A stretch of DNA of 64,000 nt from Convolutriloba macropyga (lineage: Eukaryota), in the NCBI RefSeq assembly GCF_964194025.1, contig NC_134468.1:79236001-79300000 (forward strand). The letters are read 5' to 3'. The notes below the pieces were generated by a model. That model saw only the letters and a list, made by a program, of their open reading frames with translations, ran no database searches and had not been told where the DNA came from. The position numbers and the translations under genes are program-made. Positions 13,406 to 25,932 of this stretch are shown piece by piece (the stretch's first letter is position 1; each line of letters starts with the position of its first letter).

Positions 13406-14345
13406 TACCCATACCTTACTCCAAGTCTATATCATTACTGGGCAAGTCTTAAAACAAAACTTACAAGTCTGGGCCAAGACTTGGGTAACACTTGCAAGTT
13501 GATTCCCAAGTCAAAATCAACTTTTCAAAAAATTTTGAGTGAAAATTCGAATTCCAAAAAAATTTCGCAACGTGCTACAATTTTTGCATTAATTTTTGGC
13601 CACGTTCCCTAGGTGTTATAAAATGATGCCGGAGGCACACCAAATTGTATATTAGCACCCCGGGGAAGAGGGGTCTATTCAACGCAAATTGAGGGTATTT
13701 CAGTTGTTCTGGGCCGTTTTCAGTCATTTTTCAGCCGTTCCAGCCACTAAAAAAGCCGAAATCACCAAATGTTTGTACTTTTCAGATAAGCCAAATGACG
13801 AACGTTTCCAAACAAGGAAAAATTGTTAAAAAGGGGTGCAATTGTGAGAGTCCCCATGATGAAGTTTCTTTGGCCATTTTTAGGCGTTTTCGCGGCTAAT
13901 TTTAACGTTTTTTTGCTCTGTTTGACGTTTTTCGGCTATTTTTGACGTTGTTTCGGCTTTTTTTGCCGTTCATTTCGGCGATTTTTGACGTTTTTTCGGC
14001 TTTTTTTGACGTTTTAGGACTTTTTTCGCCTTCCAAGACTCGGATTTAGACGTGTCAAATCTTGGCCAAGACTTGAATTTTGAAGTGCCAAGTCTTGGCC
14101 AAGACTTGAATTAAGTTTTGCCAAGTCTTGGCCAAGACTTGGATTAAGACTTGCCAAGTCTTGGCCAAGACTTGGATTAAGACTTGCTAAGTCCTGGCTA
14201 AGTCTTGGATTAAGACTTGCTAAGTCTTGGCGAAGTCTGACAAGTCTTAAATGTGTTATGATCATAGCTCTGAATCAGTACTGATACCTAGAATTGGAAT
14301 TAGACTTGCTCAGTACTTATATTGACTTGGCGTTCGGTACGGGTA
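13406..14345. mobile_element. MITE with ~43-bp imperfect TIRs (TA-CCC...GGG-TA) and internal minisatellites
   Basis: TACCCATACCTTACTCCAAGTCTATATCATTACTGGGCAAGTC versus the reverse complement of 14305-14345. Confidence 0.7.
14030..14250. repeat. 33-bp minisatellite built of 11-bp CCAAG(A/T)CTTG subunits, partly palindromic
   Basis: About six copies of CCAAGACTTGGATTAAGACTTGCCAAGTCTTGG, preceded by ~19-bp TTTTTGACGTTTTTTCGGC repeats (13900-14015). Confidence 0.9.
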
Positions 14346-14476
14346 TGTTTTTGTTAGCTATCTCTCTGGTACTGGATTAGGTGCACTGGCAAAAACTTGT
14401 GGGCCAAACTTGAATTTCTCTATTGATCTTTCTTTCAGCACTAGATGAAACGCTCTCCAGAAAATTTGCAATTCAA

Positions 14477-14636
14477 TGGTGAGTAGAATAACACTCAATT
14501 TTTCAGACACTGATTATATACACTGATTTAAGGAGAATAACACTGATTCTGGTGAGTAGAATAACACTCAATTTTTCAGACACTGATTATATACACTGAT
14601 TTCAGACACTGATTTAAATAATCAGACACTGATTTC
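14477..14636. repeat. Direct repeat (72-bp period) with CAGACACTGATT subrepeats
   Basis: TGGTGAGTAGAATAACACTCAATTTTTCAGACACTGATTATATACACTGATTT occurs twice, with further ACACTGATT units. Confidence 0.85.
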
Positions 14637-15633
14637 TTAAATTCCAGAACTTAACTTTTCACAAATTTTCATTTCGATTAAAGAAAATTTGCTTTCTCAT
14701 TATTGCAAGTTTAGGTTTAACTTGTATACAGTAGTGAATAATGCAAAATTTTTTCACTAGAAGTTTCGTCGTGACGTCACATGTCCGCATTCGACCTGTT
14801 AAATTACCAGAAATTAAAATTTAACTGGACATTGACGTTATTCGTCCTATGTTTACTGTGCTTTGATCTTTCCAAGCTAATTCATTTCATTAACATTTCT
14901 AAGGTCAACTTTGTTGGTAAATATCAGATATAAACATTCTCAGTTTGGCTATAAGTTGGTGATGTAAACTAATAACTCAAGCTTATAAATGAAATTTGTA
15001 TGACATAAGTTAGACTTGACCAGAATCCATTTTGCTCTTATTAATGCATTTAAATCCCGAGAGAGTATTATTGTGTTATTGGGTAATATTTTACCCCTCT
15101 TTCATCTCCCACTCAAAAGGTAACTTTCATCTTTGGCCTTGTTTGGGGAGGCCCGGGGGTGCAAGATATCCTCAAAAAGGTCGCTTTTCCATTGTTTTCT
15201 GCATCAAAAATGCCTTTCAGTCAAAATAAACACAATAACTTTTTGCCTCAAATTCCTGTAGTAACCTGAGGCGCCCTTATACGCTTACGCATCTATAAGA
15301 CCATAAACAACGTTCCCCCTTTACTTTTCCTGAGATATGATTGACCTTTAACAAACGCTTTTCTCATAACCCTCCCTTGAAAAAAAATGATTTGGCGTAA
15401 ATTTGTCTCTTTTTTCCTCGTCGGTAAACGCCGTTAAAATCCATAGCGCCTCCTTGCAAATTTTCTATATAAAGACGATAAATTTTTGATATAAGTAAGT
15501 TTGACTCTCTTTTCTCGTTTGTAAAAACCGTTGACATCCATTTATCATCTTTATACGACAAATTTACGATAAGTTCTTTATGCATTGTGTTTGTAATATA
15601 GATTTGAAGCTTTCGTTTCCTCATAAAACAAAA

Positions 15634-18170
15634 CAAGGCGGCTCAGCAATGTGCGATGGCACATAAGGTTCCGAGCCCTCCCATCCACAATTTTGGCATA
15701 ATTGTCTACCAAATAAGGAACAGATAGAGAACCCAAAAATTATTTTTTGGGAATACCAAAAAACCCAAAAAAGCCCAAGTATTTTTTGAAAAAAAAATTG
15801 TGTATGAACGATAAGATAGCCTCCAAAGCAAATAGCTCAGTGGAGTAAAAATTGAAGTATTAAATTGCTGTGATATGCCAATATTAAGAAAGTGAGTCAA
15901 GACGAACAACAAAATCAAACAATAACAACAACAACAACAACAACAAACATTAGTTACATCAAAAAGTTTTTGTCCGTTTTAAAAAACAAAATTTAATACC
16001 AAAGTCAACATACCGTCAGATGAATCTAAAACTAAACAAAATAAGCTATAAATCACCAGAAAAGATATGGACCGGTTAACAAAAAGGTTTGGTAACAATT
16101 AGACCATAAAGAACAAAAACAGTAAAGTTAAAAAAATTCGCTTATTTTTTTTTTTAAAACAATTAACTTCAAAGTAATTAAAACCATTAGAAATCAAGTA
16201 AAATATCCCAAAAGTTTACGATTACTAATGCTTCTATAGAAGGGCATTAGGACCTGTCCGTATTCATTTCTTTAAGCGGCTAAAAGAACAACAAAAAAAC
16301 ACCAAACAAAAATTCAATTGAAACTTGACAGAAAACCCTGTCAAAACCGTCAAGCCATATTTCAGTCCTCAGAATATATTCGTTTGCGCCTTCTTCAAAC
16401 ACTGATAAGGTAGTATTTGGCCATTTATTAGTAAGACTAGGTAACAAGTAGACAAAAATGAGAAAAGGGCAAAAGTATGTAATAATTTTGATTTTTTTTT
16501 CGAAACAAAATTATATCCAAAGTCATGAAAAACATTAATTACAAAATGAAATATTTAAATAGGGCGGTTTATCCGTCTAAAGGAATTGTTTGAGACCTGC
16601 AATCATCCAGAATAATTCTTGCGCCTACAAAAAGGACGTCAAACATGAAAAAATTCAAATTAATTTTTCTTTTTTTTTGTAAAAAACCGGTGTCGAAGTC
16701 AGTAAAGTCGTAACGCATTTTTTTTAAAAAAATAGATTTTGCGACATGAATTCCTTTTGACACCTTCCCTTGACATCCATAATGAAATATTCGACCTGTA
16801 ATTAACGAGATTAGGTACCAAAAAGAGAAATAAAAAGAACAAACTTGCGAAGTTAAAAAGTTTTTATATTTAATTTTGGAAAACGATTGTTTTCAAAGTC
16901 ATGAAAGCCATCAGCTATCTAAAAACGATAATCTATATTTTTAAGGATTTTAATATGTTCAATGGTGTTTCATTTTGAACTCTAATAATGTGATATGAGA
17001 ACTGACAATAATGTGATAATGTGACTAGAAAACGTGAAAAATTGGCAAATTTCTAAAAACAAAAAAAACTGAAATCTAGTAGTATCAAAGCCAGAAAACA
17101 ATAACTTCAGCCTTAAAAATGCAATCGAGACTAAATCTCAGACCAGTAGAATGAAGAAGCATTCTTTTTTTGCTGACACTAAGCTGCAAGTTGACCAAAT
17201 TAAGAAAAAAAATGGAGGAAAAGTTCATTAAGCCATTATTTATTTAAAAATCAATTATTTTTAAAAGTCGAAACGGTCATAAACTTTCACGTAAAAAGCC
17301 AAATGCAATAGTTTTAAGCTGCTTAGGAAGCCAATTGGACCTATCACTCCTGAGCTTTCATTTGATATGTTCTGTTCTTTATTATTAAAAAAGTTCTTTT
17401 TTCAAAAGAAGACAGACTGATTGCAATCCGAATTCTTTTTGGATTGCAACAGCCCAAGATTGGACCAGAACTATTTCTGCTAATGCCTATTGTCCGTTAG
17501 GAACTATTGATTTTCCGAATGTTGTTGATATAGATAATTTGTTAGTTGAAAAACTCAAAAAAAAAATTCTGCATTTTTGATAATAAACGAGTAAAGCTAG
17601 CAAAAAACGGCAAAGTTTTAATTACAGAGCTCTCTCCGCGAACTTTGAAGTGGGAATAGCCCCCTCTGGGTCTACAAAGATTTTTTTAGTGTTGTTCGGG
17701 GGTGTAGTCCCGGCAAATTTTATCAAAGTGGACTAAAGTAGCTTATTTCGTGCTGTTTGTGATGAAAAAGGCTGAAATTTGAAATATTTATCCAGATTTT
17801 TTGACAAAAAAACAAATCAGAATAATCACCAGTGCTTGTTTGTCCTTAAAAATAAACTCAACGACACTATTCTGCTAAAATTTCAACAAATTTTAGCATA
17901 ATTGACGAAAAATTAGTCAAAAATTTCGGAAAATGTGAATAAAACAAGGTGAGTTCACTCTACTTTTCTCAGAAGTTGAAACCTCGATAACTCACTGTAG
18001 AAATTAAAAATTAAAAAAATCTTTTTAATTCCATACTCTACGCTGGACGAGCTTTTTAATGATACCAGTCTCAACTCTCTACGATGAATATATCGATCGG
18101 CGAAAATTGACTGAACAAAAAAAACCCATTTGAGTATATAGTTCCTCTCCCCTCAAGAGGGGTCGGAACA
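15634..18170 (-). mobile_element. Helentron-associated non-autonomous element (HINE/DINE-1-like), copy 1
   Basis: Reverse complement is collinear with 40323-42903 at both ends and internally (e.g. 17150-17240 vs 41270-41350). SubTIRs GTTCCGAGCCC (15668) / GGGGTCGGAAC (18159); terminal ATGTGC..GCACAT hairpin. Confidence 0.72.
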
Positions 18171-18499
18171 AAAAGGTTTTAGAAACGGACTAAGTAAACT
18201 GCAAAAGGTCATTTTTTGTATTTGTAATGCATGATCTCTCAAAAAAGCGTATGCACATATTTCTGACGTTTTATATTTGGCGATATGTTTAAAGAAATTT
18301 TTTCGCGTTTTTTCATTGATAAGGATTTTCTGAGCTGGCGATAAAACACATTATATCTTTATTGGCGTTGTATTGCTTTAGCAAGGTAAATGTTTTCATT
18401 GAACAAGACTTATTGTCAAAGTAAAATTTAAACGAGATCTGTAGAAACGATTTTAATATGGGGTATGATTTCGTAGGAGGCTATAATGAGAGACAGCCC

Positions 18500-19050
18500 C
18501 AACCTGGACTTGCACAAGTCGCAGAGCATTTCAGCGCTGAATCAGCACAGTTTTAAAAGTAAAAACTTTATTCGGTTCTGAAACCTTACATAAACAGAAT
18601 ATTTCACGTTTCTTTATATGCAGTTTTTCTTCATTATGATTATATTGAGGTCAGAGAATTCGCCCAGTCTAAGATTATCTTGTATAGTCTGAAAGTTACC
18701 CAAAATTAAGACTGGACAGAATAATTTCATATTTTTAAGCTTATAACTGGTAATATTATAGTAGCTTACACAATCAGCACGGAGCCCATTTAGCTTAGTC
18801 GTTACGAAATATTACATAAATTAAATGTTACAAGTACCAACGCGGGCCTTCCAGTGGCTTATGAAGCAGAGCTTCTTGGCGGGAGTTAAGCTAAACATAT
18901 TATTTTTCATGCAGTAAATTTTACTAAAATACCAAGACTGGCCAGTATAAATTGTGATATGAACAGAGTTCTGGCCATCTTAAAAAAAAAACAAAAATTC
19001 TCTAGTCTGATTGAGCGCTGATTTGCTCTGCCACCAAATTCGGTGAAATA
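18500..19050. mobile_element. ~560-bp MITE (CAGAGCATTTCAGCGCTGA TIR family), copy 1
   Basis: Collinear with 33538-34103 and 35480-36046. Ends GCAGAGCATTTCAGCGCTGAATCAG / CTGATTGAGCGCTGATTTGCTCTGC. Confidence 0.72.
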
Positions 19051-19215
19051 CGAAAAAGAGAGAGACCCGAAAACAAAAGAAACAACTCAAAAAAAAGAAA
19101 GACAACATGAACTGATTGCAGGCTTTTTTTCGAATTGACAAAATTATTTTCATAATCAGCTGATTAAAAGTTCAAAAGTCAAATATAATTTTTAGATTAC
19201 AGTAATATTTTCCAG

Positions 19216-19457
19216 TACAAATATTTCAAATCAAAATAAGAACTTCCGTGTTCTGCTAAACATTCTTAACTGTTGGTTTTGTTTAGTTTGGGCGAGAGAA
19301 TGTACGCGGTCTCCCATTGGCCTCATGCAAATGTCCAAAGGAATCGACATCACAGAGCTGGACTTAGACGACTCAAAAGGAACAACCTCTGGATTCAAAA
19401 AGTCTCTCTTTGACTTCACTTGCAATGTTGAACATAACTACTCCTGGACATGGGCAG
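19216..19457 (+). CDS. MACPF/perivitellin-2 67-kDa-like gene, first visible coding exon; not in the ORF track on this strand
   Basis: Frame ..NFRVLLNILNCWFCLVWA-RECTRSPIGLMQMSKGIDITELDLDD..GFKKSLFDFTC.. has a signal-peptide-like segment and resembles the PV2-67 N-terminus (C..P.G...GVDITKLDL..GF....D.TC). Donor CAG|GTTTAT. No in-frame ATG, so the start is uncertain (acceptor 19215 or 19286). Confidence 0.8.
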
Positions 19458-19681
19458 GTTTATAACGCTTGGGCTGTTTCATTCATTCATATATTGCTAT
19501 TTCAGGGAAAAATAATGCTCTCTTTGGAAAACTTCTTATCCATAAAACGGACCGTATATGGAAAGTTAGTTAGATTACCATAGCAAGATCATAAAACGGA
19601 AAATTAAATAACTTTTACGGACCATATGTGGTCCATTTCATGGTAAGTAAGTTTGGTCAACCCGGGTTACTACTTCTTTGT

Positions 19682-20041
19682 NNNNNNNNNNNNNNNNNNN
19701 NNNNNNNNNNNNNNNNNNNNNNNNNNNNNNNNNNNNNNNNNNNNNNNNNNNNNNNNNNNNNNNNNNNNNNNNNNNNNNNNNNNNNNNNNNNNNNNNNNNN
19801 NNNNNNNNNNNNNNNNNNNNNNNNNNNNNNNNNNNNNNNNNNNNNNNNNNNNNNNNNNNNNNNNNNNNNNNNNNNNNNNNNNNNNNNNNNNNNNNNNNNN
19901 NNNNNNNNNNNNNNNNNNNNNNNNNNNNNNNNNNNNNNNNNNNNNNNNNNNNNNNNNNNNNNNNNNNNNNNNNNNNNNNNNNNNNNNNNNNNNNNNNNNN
20001 NNNNNNNNNNNNNNNNNNNNNNNNNNNNNNNNNNNNNNNNN
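19682..20041. other. Assembly gap (N run); others at 55354-55632 and 57055-57196
   Basis: N characters in the sequence. Confidence 1.
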
Positions 20042-20145
20042 GCACGCCCTGCAACACTAAGTGAGGACCTACAAAGGGAAAGAGAGGGTTCTTCTCAAAA
20101 CCAAAATACCTTGCGGATTTTTTGCTTCATTGTTGGACTTTTTAG

Positions 20146-20481
20146 TTCCCGAGCAGCTGTCTATTATCGACAAAACGCCCAAAAACAACTTTCAAGTTAC
20201 AACTCAAGTGTTGCGATCTTTCCACGATTTCAAGAAACGAATGGCGAGGCGAAGTGGGCTAATTCTAACCGAAGGCATGTTCTCCAGGAATTCTCAATAT
20301 CGGGCAGTGAGTCGAGAACTGATTGAATACTCGACTGTAATCACAGAAATTCGGGCAATTTTTAACACTGTAGATGTCGAATTGAACACGTCGTCTCTTC
20401 TGGGTGACCACGTGCAAAAACGACTTTCAATTTTGCCCGACAACTTACACGATAATCCGGAAGCATATCAAGACTTCATAG
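20146..20481 (+). CDS. MACPF gene exon 2
   Basis: TTTTTAG|(V)PEQLSIIDK...GMFSRNSQYRAVSRELIE...RLSILPDNLHDNPEAYQDFI; phase 1/1. The required donor reads AG|GGATGT (non-canonical). Confidence 0.8.
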
Positions 20482-21380
20482 GGATGTTTGTTTCCTTTTT
20501 AACCCTCACTAATTATTTTCGGCTTTTCTCAGGTTTTTTTGTTTTAATTTTCATGGGTTCAATATGTTTAAATATAAAAAATTGGATAAATGACTCGAAA
20601 TTTTCGGGTTAGGGTTTATTATATTAGAGGACAGATCTGTTCCGTTTGCCCCCCCCCTAGCATTTTATTTGCACCAAACCCCCCCCCCCAGACGCACAGG
20701 TCATAATATTTTTGCATAATGATTTACTGTAATGGTAAATGTGCTCTGTAACTAGAGTTACTCTGTATAACATATATGGGGAAAAGATCCTAGAGGACTA
20801 TTAGAATTCGTCATAACTTAATGCAGTCATCACTTCGGCAATTGCAACCAGACAATAACAGAGACCATAGCAAGCAAGTTAGTCAAACATGGCTCTTGGG
20901 TTAGAAAATTTTGGGTTAGAAAAGCCCAAAATTTAGGCAAAAATATCTTAAAAACCTTCATTGCCTTCAATTCTCTGGCAGCGTTGCTTTCCTGAAGTTA
21001 CACTAGTTTAAACTTAATTAATACATCTGAGCGCCTGGATATTAAGGCAGGAGAACTAAGTGACTAGGAGAATAATTTAAATCGCGTTTTTCACTCGAAG
21101 AGATGTTCTTGATTGATTAATAAGGTATATTTACTTCAATTTAATTATGTCAAATTTTTTCATTAACTCAAATTAATATAATTTCACTTGAGTAATTTCA
21201 TGTAATTTTCACCTGGGTGGTTTGTGAACCCGAGTTTGTTTACATTAACCCAGTATAGGTTAATCATTTACCTTCACTTTTTGAAATTATAACCATTATC
21301 TGTTGAAGTATAAAAACCACCAAAACATTTTAACTGAGGTCGCGAGAAGGAAATATTAATCCCTTTTGGAATGTTATTAG

Positions 21381-21629
21381 ACACTTTTGGAACACATTTC
21401 ATCTATAAGGCGACATTTGGTCAATTTCTGCAGAACAGATTTTTAGTCTCAAAGGATTTTCACCTCTCGTCATCTGATGACGAACTCCTTCAACTGAGCG
21501 TGAAGAGTTTCATGAACAAATACTGGAGGGTGGCACGACCAAGAACGAGCAGAGGTGAAATTAAACCACCATTGGACGTTGATGAAAGTTTTTTGTCTGC
21601 AACTCGAATTCAAGAAGCAACAAATTCAG
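21381..21629 (+). CDS. MACPF gene exon 3 (MACPF signature)
   Basis: TTATTAG|(D)TFGTHFIYKATFGQ is a variant of [YW]G[TS]H[FY]x6GG. Donor CAG|GTAATG; phase 1/1. Confidence 0.88.
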
Positions 21630-22047
21630 GTAATGTACGGCAGTTCGAAAACTCACTTTCTAGCTCTGACTTTATTGAAAAAAAAACCTAAATCAACGGA
21701 GTCATGAGAGCGAATCTCTGAATAAGTTACATTACAGACATTAGCGGACCTCGAATAGCAAAAATATCTCAAAAACTTAAAGAGATGCCCGAAATGTTTG
21801 TGAAAAACCTTGACAAGAGATGATCTCAGCAAAATTTGAATTAACTTACTACAATCCTGAAATAGCAGATCAAGCCTTGAAAGTTTTTCAAAAATTCACC
21901 ATTGTATTGCCCACAAAAAAACTAAAATTTCGAAATTAACATTTTATGAATTCGGTTCCACTGCAAGCAATTTTTGAAACAAATTAAGTAATACATTATT
22001 GCTTAGGAGACAATTTCTCAGATTTTCTGTACCTTTTATAAAGTGTG

Positions 22048-22897
22048 ACTTACAACTAGGTGACGTACGATTAAGCCAACGCACAACTGTGCCGATTGTA
22101 AGAGTGCCAAGAATTCATTCAATTGTTGAAGCTTCTTTCTTTATTTAATCTTCCAAACCAAGTAGATAAATTTAACTGAAATGAGGGCACAAACCAGTCA
22201 GATTGAAGTAGTGAGATTTTTAGTTCTATAATTCATCAGGGCAATAAAATTGGAGCCATATAAACTTTAAATAAAGCAAGACCATGCCTGAGCGGACCGT
22301 GAAACAATGTATGAATATATCACAACCGAAATATTGATTATCTTGCCTTCGAGGCTTTGAAAATTTTTTCGGCGTGCATTTTAATTTCTCTTATCGGTTT
22401 GGGATTTTTAAAATGCATTGCAGTTTCAGCACTCTAAAAAGTTGGCGTAATATTGCGTCGGTATTGTTGTACGTAACCGCACGACTGTAAACAATGTTTA
22501 GCCCCAAAACTGTAAACAATGTTTAGATTATCAGAATGCCAAAAAGTTATTTAAATGTTTGCCTGGTATATTTCAAAACTTGACTAAAAGAAGCAAAAAA
22601 ACTGAACAATGCAGTGGCGAGAGTTTGGATTTAATCTTTCATTCGAAAAAGGAAAATGGAGTGAAATTGAAAAATCAGCAAAAGTTGATAACTGAGGAGC
22701 GGCACATGGCCGTACCGCAACAGCCAGTGGGACTTGATACGAAACTATTACTTTGAAAATTTTTCTAGTTAACACTTATTTATAATTGTTCCCTGCTTAT
22801 GATTAAATGCTCCTAGCAGTTTTGGCACTTTCGGAATCAATTTTGGGTTCATAAATCTGATAGGTCGGCATAAATTTAAGTCGGCATAGTTGTAAGT
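22048..22897. mobile_element. Probable MITE in MACPF intron 3
   Basis: ACTTACAACTAGGTGACGTACGATTAAGCCAAC versus the reverse complement ACTTACAACTATGCCGACTTAAATTTATGCCGAC of the right end. Confidence 0.55.
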
Positions 22898-22922
22898 AAT
22901 TTTTCGTAACTATTCCTAGTTT

Positions 22923-24457
22923 TCCGAGTCAAACAGATGTCGCTTATTATTACTCGATTAGATATTTAGTAATTACGAATCTTAATGTTGGGTTATAGCT
23001 TTGAAGTGGCAGCCAATAAAATTAACTGCATCAAATTGTGCCCAATCATTACATCAGAAAATGCAAACCATTTGCGTGAACCTAAATTTTTTACTTGTTT
23101 ATTACAATAAATATCACTTATAAATTAACAAATGAAGTCATCAACATATTTATGTTAGTTTTGAAGCAGTGTTAACAGTAAAAAAAGGGTATGTTAAAAG
23201 CCAATACGTTAGATGATGAAACTGTCTCCTTCAACAGTTTTTAATTGAACGTAACCTATTTTTATTCAAATTATAGTTGATCGGTAAGCTTCCAGTCAAT
23301 GTTACGTTCACATTTCTCATTTCTCTTCACATTTTAAAAATGTGTTGTTTCACTGTACACACTTTAAATGCTTTATACTCCACAGTGTAAAGAAGCTTCT
23401 CTTCGACTTATCATGGGAAAACTCTGGGTTAATATTTTTGGTACTAAAACGTATTTTTTAGGGAAACTTGTAAAATTAAAAGAGCACAATCGTTAGGTTG
23501 AACACTTACATGTTCAAAAAATATCGACTTCAAAATACCTCATCGAGCCGGTCTCACTTCTTTTGAGCCCAATTCATTTAACTCTCCATTAAAAAAACAT
23601 ATTATTACTCCTCCATTTTTCACCTCGCAAATTTGCAAACTTTTCACCTCAAAGCCCTTTCCCCAAACCCGACGTATATCTGAGTACGCATCCGAGTCAA
23701 ACAGATGTTGCTTATTATTACTCGATTAGATATTTAGTAATTACGATTCTTAATGTTGCGTTATAACTTTGAAGTGGCAGCCAATAAAATTAATTGCATC
23801 AAATTGTGCCCAATCATTACATCAAAAAATGAAAACCATTTGCGTGAACCAAAATTTTTTATTTGTGTATTACAATAAATATCACTTATAAATTAACAAA
23901 CGAAGTCATCGCCAAATTTATTTTAGTTTTGAACCAGTGTTAACAGTAAAAATAAGTATATTAAAAGCCAATATGTTAGATGATGAAACTGTCTCTTTCA
24001 ACAGTTTTTTAACTGAACGTAACCTAATTTTACTCAAGTTATAGTTGATCGGTAAGCTGCCAGTCAATGTTACATTCACATTTGGCATTTCCCTTCACAT
24101 TTTAAAAATTTGTTGCTTCACTGTACTTACTTTAAATGCTTTATACTCCACAGTGTAAAGAAGCTTCGACTTATCTTGGGAAAACTCTGGGTTAATATTT
24201 TTGGTACTAAAACGTATTTTTTGGGAAACTTGTGAAATTAAAAGAGCACAATCGTTAGGTCGAACACTTACATTTTCAAAAAATATCGACTTCAAAATAC
24301 CTCATCAAGCCGGTCTCACTTCTTTTGGGCCCAATTCATTTAACTCTCCATTGAAAAAACATATTATTACTCCTCCACTGTTTAACCACGCAAACTTTGC
24401 AAATATTTCACCTCAAAACCCTTTCCCCAAACCAGACGTATATCTGCGTACGCATCC
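22923..24457. repeat. Tandem duplication, 2 x ~768 bp, moderately diverged
   Basis: Units begin TCCGAGTCAAACAGATGT at 22923 and 23691. TCC microhomology at the junction. Confidence 0.95.
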
Positions 24458-24961
24458 TTTTTTGTATGTTAATTGTGCCAAATATTCCAGGAATTTATAT
24501 CAGAATGAAATTATAGGGGTCAAAGTAGTGGTGTGAAAAAGCGAGTACCAATCTAGCCTTGTCAAGATTTATTGAATCTTTTCTATTTCGCCTCCCCCGC
24601 CCGTGTTTTTTATGCCCCAACCCACAAATTTTGTGTTGGTATACAGCACATTACTATCTAAAAAAGCAAAAAGCACGTGCTCCTGGGGGAGATAGAAGTT
24701 AAATGACCACTAAACGGGGAAGGGGCGAAGCAGAATAGATCCAATTAAATTTGCTAAGAAACGCGAATGCATTCAAAATTGCGTCAAGAAATTCAAGATC
24801 TTGCATGTCTAGGCAATTAACACGTTTCAAGTTTCGTTCAGCTGTTTTCGCATTGATTAGATACAGAAACAGACTTCCCCATTTGAGATCAGACGGTTAT
24901 CTTGCAAGATAACCATTCGATTTCGACCCAGGCTGTTATTAACTGATCTTTTTTTCTTCAG

Positions 24962-25932
24962 ATGTTAAATCAATTCCTCCAGAATACAAAAACGATGCTA
25001 CTTTATCAACAGTTTTCATTCGAAAGTTCCCTTTGCCTCTGTTCATAGAAGTCAAACCCATATACGAATTAATCGATGACGAACACATAAAAATGGCAAT
25101 GTTTCTAGCCGTTCAAAATCACATTGCACGCGCTTCTTTATCAGACATCGAATTCCAGGTACGAACTACTATTGGTCACCTTGAAAAATTTTCACAATTC
25201 TTGAAACCAAAATATGAAAGCATCAATTTATTGCTCAACGAAATTCTAAACGAGTCTTTGAAAACTTTTGTGAATTATTCGCACGTTCAAGCGTTAGGAC
25301 AGTTTGTTAACTTCCACTTGGTCAAACCCTCATGGTGGTATGACACTCGTTTATGTTTCGAATACAAAAGCGACATGCCTGGTAAATTCTGCTCAGGAAC
25401 GACGCCCTCTTGCGCCAAAATTAATCATTACACAAGCACGTTTAAAGATTGGTCGAGATCTTCGGGTGGCTGCAGTTTATCGTGGAATATTAACACGTCT
25501 TTAACAGAACCAAATCATTGGCTCAGACATGTTAAACTGTGTTACATGTACAAACCGATAACAAAAAGGGATTCTTGTAAAATCGGGAGCGAAGTCGATT
25601 ATTGTACCGATTTTACCGAGGGAATCGCATCAATTCCGACAAAACCCTACTATGACCACAGCGATAACAACAAAGGCGGGTGTTATTTAACATGGAAACT
25701 AACAGTGCCCAATGAAATTGCGCCCACTTGGTTTCTCAACACAAAATTTTGTGTTAAGTTTGAAGTTGGAAGCAAAACTTTGCCCCACTATGGAAAGAGC
25801 AAGGCAAAAGAATATTGCGCGTATGTGAACCGTTATACAATGTTTTATCAGGACAGGACGTACTTCAGGACGCATTGGGATTATAGGGAAAACTTTGTTC
25901 AGTGGGGAATATTTGAGGGACTATGGCAATGA
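24962..25932 (+). CDS. MACPF gene terminal exon (end of MACPF + three-repeat Cys/Trp accessory domain)
   Basis: TTCTTCAG acceptor, in frame with ORF 25033-25932. P....EVKPIYELI MACPF end, then three W...x[LF]C...C....T..[YF].D......GGC.L.W-type repeats as in the PV2-67 C-terminal domain. AATAAA at 25988. Confidence 0.9.

Noticed and set aside
14030-14250. CRISPR-like palindromic repeats
   Set aside because: The repeats are contiguous with no unique spacers, no cas genes are present, and the context is eukaryotic.
14014-14265. Repetitive ORF (LGQDLASLNPS)n
   Set aside because: It is the translation of a 33-bp minisatellite inside a MITE, with no splice context.
19628-20064. ORFs full of X (also 55288-55738 and 56980-57247)
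   Set aside because: Artefacts of the N gaps.
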